Below are positions 18,555 to 27,997 of a DNA stretch of 64,000 nucleotides, in pieces. This DNA comes from a virus. The notes under the pieces were generated by a model. That model saw only the letters and a list, made by a program, of their open reading frames with translations, ran no database searches and was not told where the DNA came from. The stretch lies in the IMG/VR virus record IMGVR_UViG_3300009165_000006; one strand, given 5' to 3'. A program made the translations under genes and the position numbers. The number at the start of each line of letters is the position of its first letter. The stretch's first letter is position 1.

Positions 18555-19220
18555 TTGGGAATCAGGTCCAGATCAGCATGGGATCTGGATCGTGGGGGTT
18601 TGGCCTTTGTAGAACGAGCCTACACGGGCATAGATCTCGATGGGCAAGATCCAAGCTATTTGATTGAGCAGACGTGCTTGCTTATCGCCGGCAAGGATTA
18701 CGATAGAAACATACCTAGACTTGAAGCTTGGAGGGTTCGTCTCGAAGAAGAAAGGCGCGAGAGGAAAGCCAAGCGTGATAGTGTTGAAGCAAAAGCTCGA
18801 GCTATCCTAATGGCCCATCTCGATGAAACCCAAGTGTCTGAGTTCGAATCCTCTGGATCCTTCCACGTCCTTGGTGCCGATGGTTACACCTATCTCATCA
18901 CCTCCAGGGAACAACACAATGTGTTTCGAATCGAGGAGGGACGTCGAACCTTCGAGTACTGCATCGTGACAAGGGATTTCGTACCCCTTCAGGATCAGAT
19001 GCTGACTCAAATGCTTCTCTTGACGACCCATCCTGCGATGTTTCATCAAATCGCGAACACCTGGGAAATTAGAGAAGATGGGACCCGCATCCGCATAGCA
19101 GGGCGACTAGTTGACGTTCTTGAGAACCCAGCCGCCCAAGTCGGCTGGGTTCTCAAATCTCCTTACCGGCAAGTATCTCTCTGTACATCGGGCCTAGCAC
19201 TTTTGAGACACTCCCCTTGA
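18555..19220 (+). CDS. hypothetical protein (221 aa; start uncertain)
   Basis: ORF track; overlaps ORF 18265-18612. Confidence 0.3.
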   Translation: MGIRSRSAWDLDRGGLAFVERAYTGIDLDGQDPSYLIEQTCLLIAGKDYDRNIPRLEAWRVRLEEERRERKAKRDSVEAKARAILMAHLDETQVSEFESSGSFHVLGADGYTYLITSREQHNVFRIEEGRRTFEYCIVTRDFVPLQDQMLTQMLLLTTHPAMFHQIANTWEIREDGTRIRIAGRLVDVLENPAAQVGWVLKSPYRQVSLCTSGLALLRHSP

Positions 19221-20094
19221 TGCTCTGCTCGGTAGCCCCGAGTTCGGTCATCTCCCGTTGGCAATCCTTGGCCAGGTCTGCGCAAACCGTGGTCAAGATC
19301 AATGGCATGTCCTTCATGGTATGGGTTAATTCAACCCCTCGGTCGTTAAGGCGTCCGACGGCGTTGATGACTCGCCCCTTCGTGACGTACTTGACGATGA
19401 AGTCATCAATCGGAGAAGGACCCCTTGGAGTTTTCTCTTTGGCGGCGGATGCAACTTCAGCGAACTTGGCGCATTTATGCTTACAGATTAGCCAGTTTCC
19501 AAACACGTTTCGGAGAAGAGGATTCGATCGGATGACCACCCCCTCAGCGATGTTGTCATCCCCAAAACCATTGATCTTCCCAACCGTGCTGGGTTTTTCT
19601 AAGAGCGCATCGAAGTTTGCCTGAGTCGGCTCCCCTCGCCACACCTCGGGTATTACAGGTAGCTCCATCTTGGAGCAAAGCTCGATGAACAGGTCGTAGG
19701 TGACAAAGTTCTTGGCCACCATGATGTCGAAGGCTCTGAAAAGAGGCTCCTGACCACTTGAGTATTGAACTCCCTTGGTTTTGATGCCGGGACCGTGAGC
19801 TTCACCAAAAACGGTGACTTCAGAGAACCCGTAGGACTTGATGACCTCCATCATCCTTGTTAGAAGGTCCTTCTGGGCTTTGAACTTGTTAAGCATGCTC
19901 CCGAGCGGGAAGTTCTGCCCAAGTTGATATTCGACGTCACGTGAACCATAACCAATCTCTTCGATGCTTTTCATCCCGAGTGGGAAAAAGAGACGAAAAT
20001 TCGAACCGTGGATTTTCTCGAGGGCAACTACTTCCCTGACAGAAAAGATCTCTGGGCAGTCGGAGAGTTGAACGATTGAAGGGTACTTTTCCAT
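19153..20094 (-). CDS. Rnl2-family RNA ligase (ATP-dependent nucleotidyltransferase)
   Basis: Motif I EKIHGSN (lysine adenylylation site, cf. KIHGTN of T4 Rnl2), motif III VTVFGEAHG, motif IV AEGVVIRS, motif V WLICKHKCAKF. 313 aa. Confidence 0.75.
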   Translation of the reverse strand: MEKYPSIVQLSDCPEIFSVREVVALEKIHGSNFRLFFPLGMKSIEEIGYGSRDVEYQLGQNFPLGSMLNKFKAQKDLLTRMMEVIKSYGFSEVTVFGEAHGPGIKTKGVQYSSGQEPLFRAFDIMVAKNFVTYDLFIELCSKMELPVIPEVWRGEPTQANFDALLEKPSTVGKINGFGDDNIAEGVVIRSNPLLRNVFGNWLICKHKCAKFAEVASAAKEKTPRGPSPIDDFIVKYVTKGRVINAVGRLNDRGVELTHTMKDMPLILTTVCADLAKDCQREMTELGATEQSIKGSVSKVLGPMYREILAGKEI

Positions 20095-20193
20095 TGGATC
20101 CTGTATAAATCCACGGATAGGTACTCCAATCCCTTGGCCAAGTCAACATAATGTTGACTTTCTTGATATACCCTGACACCTTGGACTACTACT

Positions 20194-20529
20194 ATGTCAA
20201 AAGACGAATGTCCGGCTGAGGATAGACTGATAATAGGTCCAGATCTTGGGGATGGGTCGCATTCGTGCGTGAGGCATACTCCAGATCACAAGATCCACGT
20301 GGGTAGAGTCCAACCTTTGAGAGATGGGCAATCGATCATTGGGGACCAAGAGATTCTGATGGTGAAGTACGATTCCCAGCAAGGAGACTTTTTGGTACGA
20401 ACTGTATACAATCCTCGTCATCAAGGAGAAGAGTCCAACACCTCGAAGGGCCCAGCCAAGGTCACCAGCGACGCTTATCGAGCCGGCTACGACCGTATCT
20501 TCGGCAAGACTTCGATCGGAACAGCTTGA
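20194..20529 (+). CDS. hypothetical protein (111 aa)
   Basis: ORF track. Confidence 0.3.
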   Translation: MSKDECPAEDRLIIGPDLGDGSHSCVRHTPDHKIHVGRVQPLRDGQSIIGDQEILMVKYDSQQGDFLVRTVYNPRHQGEESNTSKGPAKVTSDAYRAGYDRIFGKTSIGTA

Positions 20530-20595
20530 TGAGCTGGTTCGGTGTAATCACCGATAGTGTCTCAGGAGTTCAAAAACCCCAATGGGTTTGATCGG

Positions 20596-20640
20596 TTTGA
20601 TCAACTTTGACTAGCTTTGGAGTCAACTGCTACTACCCTG
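20596..20640. repeat. copy of a ~45-nt element shared with the region upstream of tnpB (46707-46748)
   Basis: GATCAACTTTGACTAGCTTTGGAGTCAACTGCT versus GATCAACTTTGATCAGGTTTGGAGTCAACTGCT (3 mismatches in 33 nt), with similar flanks. Confidence 0.6.
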
Positions 20641-20665
20641 ATCGATACAAGCGAGAACCCATGAT

Positions 20666-20869
20666 ATGACTTTCTCCGAAGCCCTTGTTCACCTCAAAGC
20701 TGGTCGACAGATTAAGCGCAAGGGGAGTGTTGTTTGGCTGCATATCGACAAGTACGGGCACATCCGGGAATTGGACTTTGCCTTTGGATTTCCAGACTCC
20801 ACACTCTGGGTACCAACCGAAGAGGACATCTTAGCCGAGGACTGGGAAATGCGCGAAGTTACCAGCTAA
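20666..20869 (+). CDS. hypothetical protein (67 aa)
   Basis: ORF track. Confidence 0.3.
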   Translation: MTFSEALVHLKAGRQIKRKGSVVWLHIDKYGHIRELDFAFGFPDSTLWVPTEEDILAEDWEMREVTS

Positions 20870-20931
20870 ATAGCTCATTGACACATAGTACTTAAATTAA
20901 CACTACCCTCAATTTACACAAAAGGTATCGT

Positions 20932-21561
20932 ATGTTCTTCTGGTTCGGATTGGCCCCTTGGATCTGGGGGTTTGAATTTGTACTGTTTGTAGGGCTTATT
21001 GTGCTAGTCGAATTCGAGTTCTACAAGTGGTCCACCGCAACCCTCATAGGAGCTCTCGTACTGAGTCACTTCCTGCATGCGTTCTCAGTAGTGGATCTAG
21101 TAAGGCATAACCCTGGAACCTCCTTTATCGTAGTCCTGAGCTATTTCCCTGCGGGCACCATATGGGCAACCTTCAAGTGGTTCTTGTTCCTCTATCGGTT
21201 CAAGGACGCCAGGATGGATGCCTTGGATGAGTTCCATGATATTCAGGAAGCGGCTCGAGCTCGAATCGCTTCGGGTGCTGTCTACACAATGGATGAGGAG
21301 TTGGTCAATAAGACGGATTACCAGTATTTGCGTAGCCAATACTTCAAGAAGACCAACCTTTCGAAGATCCCACGTGTCCGTGACTACAAGAGGAAGGTTA
21401 TCGGTTGGATTGCGTTCTGCGTGTTTTCGATAGTTGGCACTATCTTCCACGACCTGGTTCGTAGGATCGCACTCTGGATCTACAATCGAGTCAGCAGTTT
21501 CCTTCAGTGGATGTCAAATCGGATTATCTCCGAGGTGGAAGAAATACCTGAAAAGACCTAG
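20932..21561 (+). CDS. integral membrane protein (209 aa)
   Basis: Several hydrophobic helices (FFWFGLAPWIWGFEFVLFVGLIVLV; IGWIAFCVFSIVGTIF). Confidence 0.45.
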   Translation: MFFWFGLAPWIWGFEFVLFVGLIVLVEFEFYKWSTATLIGALVLSHFLHAFSVVDLVRHNPGTSFIVVLSYFPAGTIWATFKWFLFLYRFKDARMDALDEFHDIQEAARARIASGAVYTMDEELVNKTDYQYLRSQYFKKTNLSKIPRVRDYKRKVIGWIAFCVFSIVGTIFHDLVRRIALWIYNRVSSFLQWMSNRIISEVEEIPEKT

Positions 21562-22451
21562 TGAACCAAGGTTCGCTCGAAGGCCTCGTTGTTGAGCACA
21601 ATCATGATGGAGGGTGGATCCGGAGCGTTCGCTTGACGAGTTGACTCATCGTACTCGTGGCAACCCCACTCACCCTTCTCCATGTAAGGTTGAACTCTTA
21701 CCCATGTTCCGATACTTGGATCAATGGCTGCAGCAGCCGCTATTGTGTCGTGAAGGGCCTTCCCCTCTGGGCGCTTTTTGAAGTAAAAAGCCATCCCTTC
21801 CTTGATGAGGTCAAGCCCAGCATGGGCTCCGGAAGGGATTCTCTCATTGACCATAGGACCCCAGAAGACACCGTGACAAACGTTCTTGGAAACCATCCGT
21901 CGAGTCCAGATAGGTGAGTTTTTACCCAGTAAACCGAGGGCTGCTTTCGAGTCGCCCCCAAGGTTGAAGGTCGGACAGGTGAGCTTGCCGGCGAACTTGG
22001 GTAGCCGGTGTTCGGGTGGGACGATGTTGTCTCCGGCGAAGCCACCCTGGCAAGTCCACGTACGGAAAAACGGCCACACCTCACTGCTAGCCTTCCAGAT
22101 GTTGGTGAGGGCCGCTCCAGTGATTAGGTGGGTGGTTGGAAAGTCCAGTAGTACCTGCTTAATGACCTCAGTGGCGCTTCCCTGGGGCTGACAGGGGGAG
22201 ATCTTCCCAAGCCAATCATAGTGGAACTGGGACACCTTAGAAGTTTGCTTCTTGAGGCTCCCAATTCCGATAGGCACGTCCGTCCGCCCAAGACGATCGA
22301 GGACATGACGAACTATCCCGACCTGGTCGAAACCTCCTGGATGGATCGTAGCCCCAACGAGTTTGGCTCGGGGATGAGTAGCAAGGAGCGCTAGAGTGAA
22401 CACGTCATCTGGGTCACTCGTTTCCATGTCGAACAGATATTCTTGAGTCAC
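21558..22451 (-). CDS. nucleoside hydrolase-like protein (IU-NH/RihA fold candidate)
   Basis: N-terminal DMETSDPDDVFTLALL resembles the DxDxxxDD aspartate cluster of nucleoside hydrolases. GTG start. Divergent from the ADP-ribosylglycohydrolase gene. Confidence 0.4.
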   Translation of the reverse strand: MTQEYLFDMETSDPDDVFTLALLATHPRAKLVGATIHPGGFDQVGIVRHVLDRLGRTDVPIGIGSLKKQTSKVSQFHYDWLGKISPCQPQGSATEVIKQVLLDFPTTHLITGAALTNIWKASSEVWPFFRTWTCQGGFAGDNIVPPEHRLPKFAGKLTCPTFNLGGDSKAALGLLGKNSPIWTRRMVSKNVCHGVFWGPMVNERIPSGAHAGLDLIKEGMAFYFKKRPEGKALHDTIAAAAAIDPSIGTWVRVQPYMEKGEWGCHEYDESTRQANAPDPPSIMIVLNNEAFERTLVH

Positions 22452-22514
22452 TTGAAATCAATCTCAGGTTATAGGAGTGGCTGCCACCTAAATTTCGATG
22501 GTGTATCAGCTACC

Positions 22515-23456
22515 ATGCCCTCTTCGTTGAGTAAAGCCCAAGCTTGTCTGCTGTGTCATGTGGTCGGAGACTCCCTTGGGAGCCTCGTAGAGTTCGAGTC
22601 CGAGGAGACCATCCTTCAGGAGCACCAAGGAGAAAAAGTGCGCTACCTCGCTGATGGGGGCACCTGGGAGACCTTGGCGGGGCAAGGCACAGACGATTCC
22701 GAAATGGCCATCACCCTAGCTAGGACTCTCATTCACCATGGTTTTTACAGCTCAACCATTATGCGGAGTATGTATTGCTATTGGCTCAATAGCCAACCAT
22801 TTGACGTTGGCAGGACCACTCAAAATGGACTCCTGGATATGCCTGACTTCCACAGCCAAGCCAATGGGGCTTTGATGCGTGTCGCCCCCTTGGGGATCTT
22901 TGGAGCGAAGAAGAAGGACTGGAGAAAGACCATGATCTGGGCGATGGAGGATGCCCTTATTACGCACCCAAATCAAATATGCTTACAAATCAATGCACTT
23001 TATGTATCGATGATCGATCAAGCAATCGGAAGTGATGCAAGCCCAGATCAACTCTACGGTGCGCTGGCCGCAACAGCAGTGGATATGGAAGCCCATCCAG
23101 TTATCCTCGAAGCTATCGACCGAGCTAGAACTGCCCCACCGGAAAACTACATGGTGAATATGGGTTGGGTTGTCCTCGCTTTCCAGAATGCGCTCTATCA
23201 ACTACTACACGCCCCGTCATTGACTGAAGGAATTGTCGATACCGTCAATCGCGGAGGTGATACCGATACCAACGGAGCAATTGCCGGTGCTCTGCTTGGG
23301 GCTGTTTACGGGATGGAGCAAGTCCCCAAGGATTGGATCGATGGAGTAACCCAATGTTGCCCATCGGTGACCAACCCCTACTCTAGAAAGCCACGTACAG
23401 GCTTCTTTTGGACTAATGATGTGCTAGAAGTAGCCAAAAAACTACTTGATAGTTGA
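22515..23456 (+). CDS. ADP-ribosylglycohydrolase (DraG/ARH family)
   Basis: GDSLG, GQGTDDSEM, GALMRVAPLG and GGDTDTNGAIAGALLGA motifs. In-frame ATG within track ORF 22443-23456. Confidence 0.8.
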   Translation: MPSSLSKAQACLLCHVVGDSLGSLVEFESEETILQEHQGEKVRYLADGGTWETLAGQGTDDSEMAITLARTLIHHGFYSSTIMRSMYCYWLNSQPFDVGRTTQNGLLDMPDFHSQANGALMRVAPLGIFGAKKKDWRKTMIWAMEDALITHPNQICLQINALYVSMIDQAIGSDASPDQLYGALAATAVDMEAHPVILEAIDRARTAPPENYMVNMGWVVLAFQNALYQLLHAPSLTEGIVDTVNRGGDTDTNGAIAGALLGAVYGMEQVPKDWIDGVTQCCPSVTNPYSRKPRTGFFWTNDVLEVAKKLLDS

Positions 23457-23488
23457 CACCTGCGCTACTTTAGGGCAAGCATCCGCCC

Positions 23489-23941
23489 ATGAGTGAACAA
23501 ACCCCTGGTAGAGACGAGAAAGGCCTTACGATATCCGGAAGGACGATGCTCCGGATACTCTTGGAGTTTGCGAGGTTACTCGCAGCTTCGAGAAAAGTCG
23601 GAAGTAAGATGACTTATGAGGTTCTCCAGACTCCAACCATTCTCGTTGAGATTCGGACCCTCCTGTGGATTGCATCTGGGATGGCCAAGAGATTGGGTTC
23701 GCTTGTGGAGGTAGAAGACTACTTGGCCGAGCATGCTGAGGAAGACGAGAGGACTGTTTTAGCTGGAACTACTGAACTAGAGAAGACCTTGATAGCGGAA
23801 GCTCTGGCGCGTAGCGGGGTTCCAAGATGCCCCAAGTGTCACGAACCTACCTGCCCAATGTGTAGGGAGTGTCACTCTTGTGAAAAGCGAGAGTCGCACT
23901 CTAGCCCTTTCGATTTCTCAGGTGGTGGAGCGGCTAACTAA
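23489..23941 (+). CDS. hypothetical protein with C-terminal Cys-rich zinc-finger-like tail (CPKCHEPTCPMCRECHSCE)
   Basis: ORF track. Confidence 0.35.
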   Translation: MSEQTPGRDEKGLTISGRTMLRILLEFARLLAASRKVGSKMTYEVLQTPTILVEIRTLLWIASGMAKRLGSLVEVEDYLAEHAEEDERTVLAGTTELEKTLIAEALARSGVPRCPKCHEPTCPMCRECHSCEKRESHSSPFDFSGGGAAN

Positions 23942-23948
23942 TGTTGAT

Positions 23949-24221
23949 ATGGAGGCTACGAAGATGATCCGTGCAGTAGGTACTCAGAAAGACGGGCGTA
24001 AGTTACTGATCCTTGGGGTTGATGCGATCAACCTCGAGAACTTGAAGGCCAAGAATGCCATTCTCGTCCGAGGAACTCAGTTCGGTATTAATCTGCCAGT
24101 GGACGTATTGATCATGTATGGGGACACCTTGGAGGAGGTAGCGGAAGACCTTCGTAAGAGTGGGGTTGGATCCATTCCAACCCCACTACCAGATCCCGTA
24201 GAAGGAGGTTCCAATGTCTGA
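23949..24221 (+). CDS. hypothetical protein (about 90 aa)
   Basis: In-frame ATG within ORF 23880-24221. Confidence 0.3.
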   Translation: MEATKMIRAVGTQKDGRKLLILGVDAINLENLKAKNAILVRGTQFGINLPVDVLIMYGDTLEEVAEDLRKSGVGSIPTPLPDPVEGGSNV

Positions 24222-24516
24222 AGTCCGAGCTGTCACCTATGTCTCATTCGCTATCCCTAGAAGAAACCTAGGGGTGCTCATTTTAGAGGGGGAGCTGAAC
24301 GTATCTGAGGCAATCCTTGAAGCTAACCGTCTCAAGTTGAACCCTGGTGGAGAAGTAATCGCGGTCTCATGCAAAGAGACCGATACGGATGTACCAAAGG
24401 AACTCTTTGAAGCCATGTGGAACAATCGGAACCGTCTCATCCCTGAGGTAGAAGCTCGAATTCTATTTGAAGCAGCTTCAATCAGAGATTGGGATGGGAC
24501 TGCGGTTCAATCTTGA
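24214..24516 (+). CDS. hypothetical protein (100 aa)
   Basis: ORF track. Confidence 0.3.
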   Translation: MSEVRAVTYVSFAIPRRNLGVLILEGELNVSEAILEANRLKLNPGGEVIAVSCKETDTDVPKELFEAMWNNRNRLIPEVEARILFEAASIRDWDGTAVQS

Positions 24517-24801
24517 GTACGTTATCCGGAAGAAGAAATATCGTGGCTGATGATCAAAATCTAGTGCAGTGGTCGAATGCTGATCCCCGAGACACCATTT
24601 ACAAGCGAGCTAACATCATCATTTTGAGACCCAATACCCAAGGTCAATTCGGCAATGAAGTAGGTGAGGGTTGGGTTGAAACTAAAGAAGGATACCACAT
24701 TCATACAACATTTGAGGACCACCGACATATCAGTGCGGACGATAAGTGGGATCCCATATGGTGGTGGGTTAGGGGCCCCATGCAACCGTAGTTGGTAGGT
24801 T

Positions 24802-25092
24802 TTGTCATCCAGCTTCCACTTTGTAATCGGTGTAATTTTCAGAATGAACAAAGAAAAGTACGGGTCCCCAGCTGAGGAACAAGCTACCAAGATCCTCGCA
24901 GGCATAAAGATCATTCAGAAGTATTACGCCAAGGTCTCACTGATAGGACTGGATAAGGGAGTGTTCGTCGGTCCCTGCTACGGCCCCAAGGACGCCCCGT
25001 ATCTAGATGCGGACGTGAAGGAGCTTCAGTCCCTAGGATGGAGTTGGAGTCAAGAACAAGGCGCCTGGGAGTTCTATACAGGTCATGGCTAA
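24802..25092 (+). CDS. hypothetical protein (96 aa)
   Basis: ORF track. Confidence 0.3.
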   Translation: MSSSFHFVIGVIFRMNKEKYGSPAEEQATKILAGIKIIQKYYAKVSLIGLDKGVFVGPCYGPKDAPYLDADVKELQSLGWSWSQEQGAWEFYTGHG

Positions 25093-25441
25093 CGAATCGA
25101 ACCTATTCACGTTTGCCGCTAATTGTGGCTACGAGGTGTGTAAGGTTACACTAACCTCTTTTGGTCCCAACCCCAATCGGATCCGCCAGTACCTTCGTCA
25201 ACGATTCGTCTACACTCTAGCCGAAGTCCTTCGAGTTCGACCACCAGTCCCATTGCTAGAGACCATCTTTTGCGAGGAGGTTCAGCTGATTAAGAATGAG
25301 CTCGAATCCCGTGGTGCGAGAACCAAACTAGATTACGGGTGCAAATCTGCAAGTGAGGATTACCCTAAGGTTAGAATTTCACTCTTCGAATCCATTCCCA
25401 ACCCAACTACCCAAACCTGTAGGGGGTCCAATGGAGGCTAA
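25085..25441 (+). CDS. hypothetical protein (118 aa)
   Basis: ORF track. Confidence 0.3.
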   Translation: MANESNLFTFAANCGYEVCKVTLTSFGPNPNRIRQYLRQRFVYTLAEVLRVRPPVPLLETIFCEEVQLIKNELESRGARTKLDYGCKSASEDYPKVRISLFESIPNPTTQTCRGSNGG

Positions 25442-25446
25442 TTTCA

Positions 25447-26094
25447 GTGCCAAGCACGTGTAACTTTCTTATGAATGGCGTTACTAGGTGTAAAATGAAG
25501 AAACCGTCCTGGCTTCGTTGGATCGATGTTGTTACCTTTGGTGGTCTTACGGCCGTCTCTTCTTCAGCGTTCTTCTACGCTCTTACGCACAAGATCGAGA
25601 CCCCTCATGCTACTGAAGGACTGTGTCTGCTTGGTACTGTAGCTCTATGCTTTGGTTTGATCTGGCTCCGTTTTACCCTACTCTACAAAAAGTGGTGGGA
25701 TGCCTTCACTTGGTACCCAGAATATGGATTCATGATCAACCCTGGGAAGTACAAGCTCCCTGATTCCAAGGAGCTGAACAGGCTCGTCAAGAAGACCATC
25801 GACGCTTGGTCACCCTACCACCCAACAGCTTACTTCATTGTTCGATCTGAGGTCAACTGGGTTTGGTTTGAGGAAGGTCTCAACATTAGGGTTCGAGACG
25901 TTGTTGGAAAGCTCTGCAAAGGGTACACTGTGCCCTTTAGTCACTTGATGGGGGTTGACTACGATACCCCGAATGACGTGCTAGAGCTGACAGCCTTTGA
26001 GCATGAGCTAGGCCATGTTATCAGGGGAAATGCCACTGGCATTTGGGACGAAGATGAACACCACAAGTTCATGCGTGAGCACGGACTCAAGTAA
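25447..26094 (+). CDS. membrane-anchored putative zinc metallopeptidase (HExxH)
   Basis: N-terminal TM helices; FEHELGHVIRG motif. Confidence 0.4.
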   Translation: MPSTCNFLMNGVTRCKMKKPSWLRWIDVVTFGGLTAVSSSAFFYALTHKIETPHATEGLCLLGTVALCFGLIWLRFTLLYKKWWDAFTWYPEYGFMINPGKYKLPDSKELNRLVKKTIDAWSPYHPTAYFIVRSEVNWVWFEEGLNIRVRDVVGKLCKGYTVPFSHLMGVDYDTPNDVLELTAFEHELGHVIRGNATGIWDEDEHHKFMREHGLK

Positions 26095-26264
26095 TTTACA
26101 TTCAGACCAGTGTGTGAGCTTCGTAAGCACCATCATGGAACAAGTTGAACGTGAATACTCAGCCCGATTAGGTATTTGTTTGGAACTTCTCCGCAAGATC
26201 AACCAAGCTCGAAGACTTGGGGAATGGGACTTAGCTGAGAACTTGCTGAGAAAGTTGCGTCGAG

Positions 26265-26819
26265 TTGAAGGCAAAGTGTGAGGGTATCGGGGGCTACATG
26301 AAGATCGATACCAAGTTATGGACCTTGAATCAAAGTAGCGGTCCAGTGCTCTTGGTTTGTATTGAGGGCGCTGAGACTTTCTTACTTCGAGACAATGGTG
26401 AGTTAGGGCATCAGGTTGGGAGTAAGATTAAGTGGTATTTCAATAACCGGTTGTCATCAACTCAGGCACTACTTGAGGTAAGGCTTGTTCTTGTACCAGT
26501 ACCTAGGCTAACCCTCTTCGGTGGTCAATTTACAACTAATGAATGGGTTGGGTGGCAAGCTCGGAAGCTAATACAGTTTGCTCAAGAGATGAAAGGATCT
26601 TCGATTGCTGGCACTTTGCACCTGATAGATCTCTGGTCTGAAATCCAGGATGGAATGCCACGAAGGGATCTGGCCCTGCTGTTCTCGTCCTCCAAGTTCG
26701 ATACCTCGGCGCTAACTCCGATACCAGAGTACTGCGGTTGGACTGGAATCTTCAATAGCGATGGAAAAGAAGAGAGCCTTCCTCGAAAGAACCGGTACTC
26801 TAGACCATGGGTTATCTGA
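26265..26819 (+). CDS. hypothetical protein (184 aa)
   Basis: ORF track. Confidence 0.35.
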   Translation: MKAKCEGIGGYMKIDTKLWTLNQSSGPVLLVCIEGAETFLLRDNGELGHQVGSKIKWYFNNRLSSTQALLEVRLVLVPVPRLTLFGGQFTTNEWVGWQARKLIQFAQEMKGSSIAGTLHLIDLWSEIQDGMPRRDLALLFSSSKFDTSALTPIPEYCGWTGIFNSDGKEESLPRKNRYSRPWVI

Positions 26820-26898
26820 CCCTCTAGCCGAATTACTAGTCCTCGAACTAATTGGTTGAGAATGTAGAAGCCTGTGCGTAGTACATCGACATAAGTCT

Positions 26899-27291
26899 AT
26901 GCCGATACCTATCCACCAAGAATCAGATCCTGAGATTCCTCGAAACTCGGACCTGGAACGGTGCTGCATCTGCCGAGAACGAACGTCTTGGTGGACTTCC
27001 CTTCCAGACCGTAAACCCGGAGAGCAGGTGGCGATCTGCCCTCATTGTGCATCTCGAGGAAATCCCGAGGACGTCCCCTCGAAGTTGGTTTGGTGCCGGC
27101 GAGAAGACATCGCGTACCACCCGACTTTTGGTGACATCAGTCAAGGTCACGACCGAGAATACCCACCCGCGCCAATAGTTCAACCAGAGGCCAAGAATGA
27201 CCTACTACAGCGACCCAGTCAAAGACAGCGAAGCCCAAAGCATCGTAACTCAAATTCAGGCTCGACTCGCCGAAGTCGGACTCAAGTCTGA
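26899..27291 (+). CDS. hypothetical Cys-containing protein (CCICRERTSWW...CPHC)
   Basis: ORF track. Confidence 0.3.
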   Translation: MPIPIHQESDPEIPRNSDLERCCICRERTSWWTSLPDRKPGEQVAICPHCASRGNPEDVPSKLVWCRREDIAYHPTFGDISQGHDREYPPAPIVQPEAKNDLLQRPSQRQRSPKHRNSNSGSTRRSRTQV

Positions 27292-27997
27292 GATTACCAC
27301 CAACTGGTATCACTATCAGTTAACGGTAAAAGAGCCTCAAGATTACGTAGCATTTCAGGTTTTGGAGGGCGGACTTGAGAGTTTGGAGGGCGGACTTGAC
27401 CGCAAACTAATTGTGGTCTTTAGTACCATTAGGCTAAGTAATGACGGGGAGACCTTATACCATGGGGTCAACCTCAGAGAAGACCTGGAGAACTTCCATG
27501 AGAAGATATTCGATGAAGCCAAGCGCCAGAACGATTGGGTTAAGCAGAAGATACAACGGGAAGTTGAGAGCGCCGAAGCAATCCAAAGTTGCAATCGGAT
27601 CCTTCAACAACTAAAAAACGACTTCCCAACCTATGCCAAGTCCATATTGATTGGGCTGTCGTCTCCTGAGGGGCCTAAGTTCAGCTTGGGGCTCCACGGA
27701 CTTACGGAAGATCGGATCCGTCAAATTCTAAACCTGATCGGGTCACCTTCGATGTACGCAATAATTGGAATTTACTCTGATAAACCTACCATTTGGGGTA
27801 TCGGAGGCACTCCAGATGAGGCCCTAGCTGATGCTCAGAGTAACGGCTTCCAGATATCCAACTGGAGCATCATCCCAATCACCGACGATCAAGTTCGAAT
27901 GATCACCAAGAAGGGGGCCGAGGGTACGGATCCTAGAGCCATTGGAATCGAGCTAGCTGAAAAAGATTGGTTGAACTTAGGATACCGTCGCGCGTAA
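27197..27997 (+). CDS. hypothetical protein (266 aa)
   Basis: ORF track; contains an in-frame 18-nt tandem duplication (LEGGLESLEGGLD). Confidence 0.4.
   Translation: MTYYSDPVKDSEAQSIVTQIQARLAEVGLKSEITTNWYHYQLTVKEPQDYVAFQVLEGGLESLEGGLDRKLIVVFSTIRLSNDGETLYHGVNLREDLENFHEKIFDEAKRQNDWVKQKIQREVESAEAIQSCNRILQQLKNDFPTYAKSILIGLSSPEGPKFSLGLHGLTEDRIRQILNLIGSPSMYAIIGIYSDKPTIWGIGGTPDEALADAQSNGFQISNWSIIPITDDQVRMITKKGAEGTDPRAIGIELAEKDWLNLGYRRA

Noticed and set aside
19651-19668. CCTGTAATA-like sequence near an internal Met of the RNA ligase gene
   Set aside because: It is in the wrong orientation relative to the ATG, and inside a well-supported coding sequence.
22959-22969. TTATTACGCA occurrence inside the ADP-ribosylglycohydrolase gene, next to the start of antisense ORF 22752-22976
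   Set aside because: The motif lies downstream of that antisense ATG, not upstream, and the antisense ORF overlaps a well-supported gene. Judged coincidental.
24561-24930. Antisense ORF 24561-24914 preceded by GGCGTAATA-N7-ATG
   Set aside because: The motif deviates (GGCG, N7) and lacks the upstream TTGAR element. The ORF overlaps two plus-strand ORFs. Left unresolved rather than called.
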